From contig OZ287698.1 in the NCBI GenBank assembly GCA_965649825.1, positions 1 through 64,000 on the forward strand: a DNA stretch of 64,000 nucleotides, given 5' to 3'. The first letter of the stretch is position 1. The number at the start of each line of letters is the position of its first letter. A model generated the notes under the pieces. That model did not search any database. It saw nothing but the letters and a program-made list of their open reading frames with translations, and was not told the origin of the DNA. This document shows positions 1-10,626 of the stretch, one piece after another. The stretch comes from Penicillus capitatus (lineage: Eukaryota > Plantae > Chlorophyta). The translations under genes were made by a program, and so were the position numbers.

Positions 1-3000
1 CTCGACCCCGCCGACACATCCCCACCCTCGCTCGACCGTGTCGCCGGCGTCATCGTGCACTTCCAGATCGTACTGACAGGCCAGGTTACACCTGATGCGA
101 CGTAACGGCCACGATTTCAACCCCGTACGACACCGCCCAAAGCCAAACGAGCCTCCACCGATCGGCATCCGCGACGTGTCCCGAGGCGTCCCGCACCCGT
201 CTGCGTCGAAGACTGCCGACGGTGGGCCCTCCGTGGGCCGCAATCTGCCGAAATGTCGAATCCGGAAAGGCCGCGCCACAGCCCGAGCACGCCGCCGTCG
301 GGCTCCAACCAAGGGTCCGTCGGCATCCACTCGACCCCGCCGACACATCCCCACCCTCGCTCGACCGTGTCGCCGGCGTCATCGTGCACTTCTGCGAGTC
401 ACTGACAGGCCAGGTTACACCTGATGCGACGTAACGGCCACGATTTCAACCCCGTACGACACCGCCCAAAGCCAAACGAGCCTCCACCGATCGGCATCCG
501 CGGTGTGTCCCGAGGCGTCCCGCACCCGTCTGCGTCGAAGACTGCCGACGGTGGGCCCTCCGTGGGCCGCAATCTGCCGAAATGTCGAATCCGGAAAGGC
601 CGCGCCACAGCCCGAGCACGCCGCCGTCGGGCTCCAACCAAGGGTCCGTCGGCATCCACTCGACCCCGCCGACACATCCCCACCCTCGCTCGACCGTGTC
701 GCCGGCGTCATCGTGCACTTCCAGATCGTACTGACAGGCCAGGTTACACCTGATGCGACGTAACCGCCACGATTTCAACCCCGTACGACACCGCCCAAAG
801 CCAAACGAGCCTCCACCGATCGGCATCCGCGACGTGTCCCGAGGCGTCCCGCACCCGTCTGCGTCGAAGACTGCCGACGGTCGGCCCTCCGTCGGCCGCA
901 ATCTGCCGAAATGTCGAATCCGGAAAGGCCGCGCCACAGCCCGAGCACGCCGCCGTCGGGCTCCAACCAAGGGTCCGTCGGCATCCACTCGACCCCGCCG
1001 ACACATCCCCACCCTCGCTCGACCGTGTCGCCGGCGGCATCGTGCACTTCCAGATCGTACTGACAGGCCAGGTTACACCTGATGCGACGTAACGGCCACG
1101 ATTTCAACCCCGTACGACACCGCCCAAAGCCAAACGAGCCTCCACCGATCGGCATCCGCGACGTGTCCCGAGGCGTCCCGCACCCGTCTGCGTCGAAGAC
1201 TGCCGACGGTGGGCCCTCCGTCGGCCGCAATCTGCCGAAATGTCGAATCCGGAAAGGCCGCGCCACAGCCCGAGCACGCCGCCGTCGGGCTCCAACCAAG
1301 GGTCCGTCGGCATCCACTCGACCCCGCCGACACATCCCCACCCTCGCTCGACCGTGTCGCCGGCGGCATCGTGCACTTCCAGATCGTACTGACAGGCCAG
1401 GTTACACCTGATGCGACGTAACGGCCACGATTTCAACCCCGTACGACACCGCCCAAAGCCAAACGAGCCTCCACCGATCGGCATCCGCGACGTGTCCCGA
1501 GGCGTCCCGCACCCGTCTGCGTCGAAGACTGCCGACGGTGGGCCCTCCGTCGGCCGCAATCTGCCGAAATGTCGAATCCGGAAAGGCCGCGCCACAGCCC
1601 GAGCACGCCGCCGTCGGGCTCCAACCAAGGGTCCGTCGGCATCCACTCGACCCCGCCGACACATCCCCACCCTCGCTCGACCGTGTCGCCGGCGGCATCG
1701 TGCACTTCCAGATCGTACTGACAGGCCAGGTTACACCTGATGCGACGTAACGGCCACGATTTCAACCCCGTACGACACCGCCCAAAGCCAAACGAGCCTC
1801 CACCGATCGGCATCCGCGACGTGTCCCGAGGCGTCCCGCACCCGTCTGCGTCGAAGACTGCCGACGGTGGGCCCTCCGTGGGCCGCAATCTGCCGAAATG
1901 TCGAATCCGGAAAGGCCGCGCCACAGCCCGAGCACGCCGCCGTCGGGCTCCAACCAAGGGTCCGTCCGCATCCACTCGACCCCGCCGACACATCCCCACC
2001 CTCGCTCGACCGTGTCGCCGGCGTCATCGTGCACTTCTGCGAGTCACTGACAGGCCAGGTTACACCTGATGCGACGTAACGGCCACGATTTCAACCCCGT
2101 ACGACACCGCCCAAAGCCAAACGAGCCTCCACCGATCGGCATCCGCGACGTGTCCCGAGGCGTCCCGCACCCGTCTGCGTCGAAGACTGCCGACGGTGGG
2201 CCCTCCGTGGGCCGCAATCTGCCGAAATGTCGAATCCGGAAAGGCCGCGCCACAGCCCGAGCACGCCGCCGTCGGGCTCCAACCAAGGGTCCGTCCGCAT
2301 CCACTCGACCCCGCCGACACATCCCCACCCTCGCTCGACCGTGTCGCCGGCGTCATCGTGCACTTCCAGATCGTACTGACAGGCCAGGTTACACCTGATG
2401 CGACGTAACCGCCACGATTTCAACCCCGTACGACACCGCCCAAAGCCAAACGAGCCTCCACCGATCGGCATCCGCGACGTGTCCCGAGGCGTCCCGCACC
2501 CGTCTGCGTCGAAGACTGCCGACGGTGGGCCCTCCGTGGGCCGCAATCTGCCGAAATGTCGAATCCGGAAAGGCCGCGCCACAGCCCGAGCACGCCGCCG
2601 TCGGGCTCCAACCAAGGGTCCGTCGGCATCCACTCGACCCCGCCGACACATCCCCACCCTCGCTCGACCGTGTCGCCGGCGGCATCGTGCACTTCTGCGA
2701 GTCACTGACAGGCCAGGTTACACCTGATGCGACGTAACGGCCACGATTTCAACCCCGTACGACACCGCCCAAAGCCAAACGAGCCTCCACCGATCGGCAT
2801 CCGCGACGTGTCCCGAGGCGTCCCGCACCCGTCTGCGTCGTAGTCTGCCGACGGTCGGCCCTCCGTCGGCCGCAATCTGCCGAAATGTCGAATCCGGAAA
2901 GGCCGCGCCACAGCCCGAACACGCCGCCGTCGGGCTCCAACCAAGGGTCCGTCGGCATCCACTCGACCCCGCCGACACATCCCCACCCTCGCTCGACCGT

Positions 3001-6000
3001 GTCGCCGGCGTCATCGTGCACTTCTGCGAGTCACTGACAGGCCAGGTTACACCTGATGCGACGTAACCGCCACGATTTCAACCCCGTACGACACCGCCCA
3101 AAGCCAAACGAGCCTCCACCGATTGGCATCCGCGGTGTGTCCCGAGGCGTCCCGCACCCGTCTGCGTCGAAGACTGCCGACGGTGGGCCCCCCGTGGGCC
3201 GCAATCTGCCGAAATGTCGAATCCGGAAAGGCCGCGCCACAGCCCGAGCACGCCGCCGTCGGGCTCCAACCAAGGGTCCGTCGGCATCCACTCGACCCCG
3301 CCGACACATCCCCACCCTCGCTCGACCGTGTCGCCGGCGTCATCGTGCACTTCCAGATCGTACTGACAGGCCAGGTTACACCTGATGCGACGTAACCGCC
3401 ACGATTTCAACCCCGTACGACACCGCCCAAAGCCAAACGAGCCTCCACCGATCGGCATCCGCGACGTGTCCCGAGGCGTCCCGCACCCGTCTGCGTCGAA
3501 GACTGCCGACGGTCGGCCCTCCGTCGGCCGCAATCTGCCGAAATGTCGAATCCGGAAAGGCCGCGCCACAGCCCGAGGACGCCGCCGTCGGGCTCCAACC
3601 AAGGGTCCGTCCGCATCCACTCGACCCCGCCGACACATCCCCACCCTCGCTCGACCGTGTCGCCGGCGTCATCGTGCACTTCCAGATCGTACTGACAGGC
3701 CAGGTTACACCTGATGCGACGTAACGGCCACGATTTCAACCCCGTACGACACCGCCCAAAGCCAAACGAGCCTCCACCGATCGGCATCCGCGACGTGTCC
3801 CGAGGCGTCCCGCACCCGTCTGCGTCGAAGACTGCCGACGGTGGGCCCTCCGTCGGCCGCAATCTGCCGAAATGTCGAATCCGGAAAGGCCGCGCCACAG
3901 CCCGAGGACGCCGCCGTCGGGCTCCAACCAAGGGTCCGTCGGCATCCACTCGACCCCGCCGACACATCCCCACCCTCGCTCGACCGTGTCGCCGGCGTCA
4001 TCGTGCACTTCCAGATCGTACTGACAGGCCAGGTTACACCTGATGCGACGTAACGGCCACGATTTCAACCCCGTACGACACCGCCCAAAGCCAAACGAGC
4101 CTCCACCGATCGGCATCCGCGACGTGTCCCGAGGCGTCCCGCACCCGTCTGCGTCGAAGACTGCCGACGGTGGGCCCTCCGTCGGCCGCAATCTGCCGAA
4201 ATGTCGAATCCGGAAAGGCCGCGCCACAGCCCGAGGACGCCGCCGTCGGGCTCCAACCAAGGGTCCGTCCGCATCCACTCGACCCCGCCGACACATCCCC
4301 ACCCTCGCTCGACCGTGTCGCCGGCGTCATCGTGCACTTCCAGATCGTACTGACAGGCCAGGTTACACCTGATGCGACGTAACGGCCACGATTTCAACCC
4401 CGTACGACACCGCCCAAAGCCAAACGAGCCTCCACCGATCGGCATCCGCGACGTGTCCCGAGGCGTCCCGCACCCGTCTGCGTCGAAGACTGCCGACGGT
4501 GGGCCCTCCGTGGGCCGCAATCTGCCGAAATGTCGAATCCGGAAAGGCCGCGCCACAGCCCGAGCACGCCGCCGTCGGGCTCCAACCAAGGGTCCGTCGG
4601 CATCCACTCGACCCCGCCGACACATCCCCACCCTCGCTCGACCGTGTCGCCGGCGTCATCGTGCACTTCTGCGAGTCACTGACAGGCCAGGTTACACCTG
4701 ATGCGACGTAACGGCCACGATTTCAACCCCGTACGACACCGCCCAAAGCCAAACGAGCCTCCACCGATCGGCATCCGCGGTGTGTCCCGAGGCGTCCCGC
4801 ACCCGTCTGCGTCGAAGACTGCCGACGGTGGGCCCTCCGTGGGCCGCAATCTGCCGAAATGTCGAATCCGGAAAGGCCGCGCCACAGCCCGAGCACGCCG
4901 CCGTCGGGCTCCAACCAAGGGTCCGTCGGCATCCACTCGACCCCGCCGACACATCCCCACCCTCGCTCGACCGTGTCGCCGGCGTCATCGTGCACTTCCA
5001 GATCGTACTGACAGGCCAGGTTACACCTGATGCGACGTAACCGCCACGATTTCAACCCCGTACGACACCGCCCAAAGCCAAACGAGCCTCCACCGATCGG
5101 CATCCGCGACGTGTCCCGAGGCGTCCCGCACCCGTCTGCGTCGAAGACTGCCGACGGTCGGCCCTCCGTCGGCCGCAATCTGCCGAAATGTCGAATCCGG
5201 AAAGGCCGCGCCACAGCCCGAGCACGCCGCCGTCGGGCTCCAACCAAGGGTCCGTCGGCATCCACTCGACCCCGCCGACACATCCCCACCCTCGCTCGAC
5301 CGTGTCGCCGGCGGCATCGTGCACTTCCAGATCGTACTGACAGGCCAGGTTACACCTGATGCGACGTAACGGCCACGATTTCAACCCCGTACGACACCGC
5401 CCAAAGCCAAACGAGCCTCCACCGATCGGCATCCGCGACGTGTCCCGAGGCGTCCCGCACCCGTCTGCGTCGAAGACTGCCGACGGTGGGCCCTCCGTCG
5501 GCCGCAATCTGCCGAAATGTCGAATCCGGAAAGGCCGCGCCACAGCCCGAGCACGCCGCCGTCGGGCTCCAACCAAGGGTCCGTCGGCATCCACTCGACC
5601 CCGCCGACACATCCCCACCCTCGCTCGACCGTGTCGCCGGCGGCATCGTGCACTTCCAGATCGTACTGACAGGCCAGGTTACACCTGATGCGACGTAACG
5701 GCCACGATTTCAACCCCGTACGACACCGCCCAAAGCCAAACGAGCCTCCACCGATCGGCATCCGCGACGTGTCCCGAGGCGTCCCGCACCCGTCTGCGTC
5801 GAAGACTGCCGACGGTGGGCCCTCCGTCGGCCGCAATCTGCCGAAATGTCGAATCCGGAAAGGCCGCGCCACAGCCCGAGCACGCCGCCGTCGGGCTCCA
5901 ACCAAGGGTCCGTCGGCATCCACTCGACCCCGCCGACACATCCCCACCCTCGCTCGACCGTGTCGCCGGCGGCATCGTGCACTTCCAGATCGTACTGACA

Positions 6001-9000
6001 GGCCAGGTTACACCTGATGCGACGTAACGGCCACGATTTCAACCCCGTACGACACCGCCCAAAGCCAAACGAGCCTCCACCGATCGGCATCCGCGACGTG
6101 TCCCGAGGCGTCCCGCACCCGTCTGCGTCGAAGACTGCCGACGGTGGGCCCTCCGTGGGCCGCAATCTGCCGAAATGTCGAATCCGGAAAGGCCGCGCCA
6201 CAGCCCGAGCACGCCGCCGTCGGGCTCCAACCAAGGGTCCGTCCGCATCCACTCGACCCCGCCGACACATCCCCACCCTCGCTCGACCGTGTCGCCGGCG
6301 TCATCGTGCACTTCTGCGAGTCACTGACAGGCCAGGTTACACCTGATGCGACGTAACGGCCACGATTTCAACCCCGTACGACACCGCCCAAAGCCAAACG
6401 AGCCTCCACCGATCGGCATCCGCGACGTGTCCCGAGGCGTCCCGCACCCGTCTGCGTCGAAGACTGCCGACGGTGGGCCCTCCGTGGGCCGCAATCTGCC
6501 GAAATGTCGAATCCGGAAAGGCCGCGCCACAGCCCGAGCACGCCGCCGTCGGGCTCCAACCAAGGGTCCGTCCGCATCCACTCGACCCCGCCGACACATC
6601 CCCACCCTCGCTCGACCGTGTCGCCGGCGTCATCGTGCACTTCCAGATCGTACTGACAGGCCAGGTTACACCTGATGCGACGTAACCGCCACGATTTCAA
6701 CCCCGTACGACACCGCCCAAAGCCAAACGAGCCTCCACCGATCGGCATCCGCGACGTGTCCCGAGGCGTCCCGCACCCGTCTGCGTCGAAGACTGCCGAC
6801 GGTGGGCCCTCCGTGGGCCGCAATCTGCCGAAATGTCGAATCCGGAAAGGCCGCGCCACAGCCCGAGCACGCCGCCGTCGGGCTCCAACCAAGGGTCCGT
6901 CGGCATCCACTCGACCCCGCCGACACATCCCCACCCTCGCTCGACCGTGTCGCCGGCGGCATCGTGCACTTCTGCGAGTCACTGACAGGCCAGGTTACAC
7001 CTGATGCGACGTAACGGCCACGATTTCAACCCCGTACGACACCGCCCAAAGCCAAACGAGCCTCCACCGATCGGCATCCGCGACGTGTCCCGAGGCGTCC
7101 CGCACCCGTCTGCGTCGTAGTCTGCCGACGGTCGGCCCTCCGTCGGCCGCAATCTGCCGAAATGTCGAATCCGGAAAGGCCGCGCCACAGCCCGAACACG
7201 CCGCCGTCGGGCTCCAACCAAGGGTCCGTCGGCATCCACTCGACCCCGCCGACACATCCCCACCCTCGCTCGACCGTGTCGCCGGCGTCATCGTGCACTT
7301 CTGCGAGTCACTGACAGGCCAGGTTACACCTGATGCGACGTAACCGCCACGATTTCAACCCCGTACGACACCGCCCAAAGCCAAACGAGCCTCCACCGAT
7401 CGGCATCCGCGACGTGTCCCGAGGCGTCCCGCACCCGTCTGCGTCGAAGACTGCCGACGGTGGGCCCTCCGTCGGCCGCAATCTGCCGAAATGTCGAATC
7501 CGGAAAGGCCGCGCCACAGCCCGAGCACGCCGCCGTCGGGCTCCAACCAAGGGTCCGTCCGCATCCACTCGACCCCGCCGACACATCCCCACCCTCGCTC
7601 GACCGTGTCGCCGGCGTCATCGTGCACTTCCAGATCGTACTGACAGGCCAGGTTACACCTGATGCGACGTAACCGCCTCGATTTCAACCAAGTGCGACAC
7701 CGCCCAAAGCCAAACGAACCTCCGGTGATCGGCATCCGCGGTGTGTCCCGAGGCGTCCCGCACCCGCCTGCGTCGAAGATTGCCGACGGTGGGCCCTCCG
7801 TCGGCCGCACTCTGCCGAAATGTCGAATCCGGAAAGGCCGCGCCACAGCCCGAGCACGCCGCCGTCGGGCTCCAACCAAGGGTCCGTCGGCATCCACTCG
7901 ACCCCGCCGACGCATTCCCACCCTCGCTCGACCGTGTCGCCGGCGTCGTCGTGCACTTCCAGATCGTACTGACAGGCCAGGTTACACCTGATGCGACGTG
8001 ACCGCCTCGATTTCAACCAAGTACGACACCGCCCAGAGCCAAACGAGCCTCCGGTGATCGGCATCCGCGGCGTGTCCCGAGACGTCCCGCACCCGCCTGC
8101 GTCGAAGACTGCCGACGGTGGGCCCTCCGTCGGCCGCAATCTGCCGAAATGTCGAATCCGGAAAGGCCGCGCCACAGCCCGAGCACGCCGCCGTCGGGCT
8201 CCAACCAAGGGTCCGTCGGCATCCACTCGACCCCGCCGACGCATTCCCACCCTCGCTGGACCGTGTCGCCGGCGTCATCGTGCACTTCCAGATCGTACTG
8301 ACAGGCCAGGTTACACCTGATGCGACGTAACCGCCACGATTTCAACTCCGTACGACACCGCCCAGAGCCAAACGAGCCTCCACCGATTGGCATCCGCGGT
8401 GTGTCCCGAGGCGTCCCGCACCCGTCTGCGTCGAAGACTGCCGACGGTGGGCCCGCCGTGGGCCGCAATCTGCCGAAATGTCGAATCCGGAAAGGCCGCG
8501 CCACAGCCCGAGGACGCCGCCGTCGGGCTCCAACCAAGGGTCCGTCCGCATCCACTCGACCCCGCCGACACATTCCCGCCCTCGCTCGACCGTGTCGCCG
8601 GCGGCATCGTGCACTTCTGCGAGTCACTGACAGGCCAGGTTACACCTGATGCGACGTAACCGCCTCGATTTCAACCAAGTGCGACACCGCCCAAAGCCAA
8701 ACGAACCTCCGGTGATCGGCATCCGCGGCGTGTCCCGAGGCGTCCCGCACCCGTCTGCGTCGAAGACTGCCGACGGTCGGCCCGCCGTCGGCCGCAGTGT
8801 GCCGAAATGTCGAATCCGGAAAGGCCGCGCCACAGCCCGAGCACGCCGCCGTCGGGCTCCAACCAAGGGTCCGTCGGCATCCACTCGACCCCGCCGACGC
8901 ATTCCCACCCTCGCTCGACCGTGTCGCCGGCGTCGTCGTGCACTTCCAGATCGTACTGACAGGCCAGGTTACACCTGATGCGACGTGACCGCCACGATTT

Positions 9001-9306
9001 CAACCAAGTACGACACCGCCCAAAGCCAAACGAACCTCCGGTGATCGGCATCCGCGGTGTGTCCCGAGACGTCCCGCACCCGTCTGCGTTGTAGTCTGCC
9101 GACGGTGGGCCCTCCGTGGGCCGCAGTCTGCCGAAATGTCGAATCCGGAAAGGCCGCGCCACAGCCCGAGAACGCCGCCGTCGGGCTCCAACCAAGGGTC
9201 CGTCGGCATCCACTCGACCCCGCCGACACATTTCCACCCTCGCTCGACCGTGTCGCCGGCGGCATCGTGCACTTCCAGATCGTACTGACAGCACGCGTTA
9301 CACCTG
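1..9306. repeat. 329-bp GC-rich tandem satellite array: 28 full monomers from 95 plus a partial unit at the window start
   Basis: The unit starting ATGCGACGTAAC recurs every 329 bp (95, 424, 753 ... 8978). The ORF track repeats with the same period. The + strand is C-rich. Since 329 is not a multiple of 3, the repeated ORFs are not a coding array. Confidence 0.98.
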
Positions 9307-10532
9307 ATGTGACGCTGGGCTCCAGCACTTAGGCGCACTGAGACGCCAAAGGGGTCGGACGGGCAACTCGCCCTCTGCACATGGGATGTTCTTAGAAGTT
9401 CTCCATGTGCATCCACGATCAGGTTTGCAGCCGACGAGTTCCTCAAATCGGAGGTGTCACGCAGAGGGGGAGCCGACGAGCTGAACGGGTGAACATGTCC
9501 GCATGGGGGTGCTCGGGAAGGTTCCGCATGTCGGCCGTTTGACTTGGCCAATGCAACTAGGATGCTAGTGGGAGTGTTTTGCGCTCGTCCACGTGCTTGA
9601 TGGAGAGCGGCGAGTTGCTCGACCCGGGGGTGTAACGCGGACATGCCGAACCGCTGAACCGCTTCCTGACGTGACAGCAGTCCGCGGGCGCCGAGGGTAT
9701 TTAGCTGACTGGACGCACCGTGTTATCAATCTTTGCATCGACTCGACACCGCTCCATCTGTTCGTCTTTCCGCGTGTGCGCGACCGCGGCGCACGGTGTC
9801 CGACGTATCCCCGTCAGTCTACTAACTTGGACAGCAAAATGCAATGGGGACATGCTTGAGGACAATTGGGACCATGGTATTATGAGCAGTCAACCATGGG
9901 CACGCGAGCAAAACATGCTAAGACGCAATCGGGATGTGTCTTCAAACTTGGACAGCTAAATGCAATTGAAAATAAAATCCGTTCCCTTACTGCAGTTCAA
10001 AATTTTGGATCGTGAAGGAAACACATAGAATAGGGACGCGGAGAAGATTTGGTACCTGCGGAATGCATATTGATAATTTCGTTGATTTGTGCACTCTTGT
10101 GTTTCAATGCTCTGTTTTCTTTATTCAATCGAATCAATTCTTCTGATTGCGACTTTTCTGTTGTCTCCCAGCCACCGGATTTTTCAAATCTTCAAGGTCT
10201 TCTGAAAGTGATTTCTTTCTCTCGCTGAGCATTTCCACTTCGCTAAGTAAAATTTCGCAAAAATGACTGTATATTTTCGAAGACTATCTTCTTTCTCTCG
10301 CGATAGCGGCTTGTCTTTCTTCCTGTTAATGCAACACAATGAAGAGCTTGGACACGATACAGGAAGGCTCATGAAATTAAAAAAAGACACATCTGGAATG
10401 TTTAGGTAAAAAGAAAGAGTGTTATGGTCAGAAAATGGCTAGAAGAGATGACAGAGCCTGAGAGACAAATGACAGAAGAGTAATGATGACTCTAAAACTA
10501 ACAAACCAATGGGTAAATCTCTTTAGGTACGT

Positions 10533-10626
10533 TGTTGTGAGAATTTGCTCGAAAGGGTAAAGGAATACGCGTTCGCGGTAGGCTGTTCGTTTGTGAAACG
10601 TACAGATCGCAGTTACAATCCTGTGA
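10533..10626 (-). mobile_element. Inverted 94-bp fragment of the 3' part of the gypsy element A LTR
   Basis: The reverse complement matches 13529-13622 at 92/94 positions and stops exactly at the LTR end CTCACAACA. Confidence 0.85.

Noticed and set aside
1-9306. CRISPR-like, 5S rDNA or tRNA array interpretation of the tandem repeat
   Set aside because: There are no unique spacers or cas genes, the context is eukaryotic, and I saw no 5S, tRNA or snRNA motifs in the monomer on either strand.
86-9332. Dozens of 60-214 aa ORFs on both strands in the repeat
   Set aside because: They are by-products of a GC-rich 329-bp unit. The period is not a multiple of 3, variants break the frames freely, and no domain is recognisable.
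9294-9639. 11-bp inverted match CGCGTTACACC / GGTGTAACGCG, with GGGGG-TGTAACG resembling a PPT-LTR start
   Set aside because: A match this short is plausible by chance, and I found no matching LTR end, PBS or TSD.
9824-9966. 22-bp direct repeat AACTTGGACAGC(A/T)AAATGCAAT, 121 bp apart
   Set aside because: Real but only two copies, with no associated structure or function.
1-10500. Telomeric repeats marking a chromosome end
   Set aside because: No TTAGGG, TTTAGGG or TTTTAGGG tracts were seen, so a subtelomeric position cannot be claimed.
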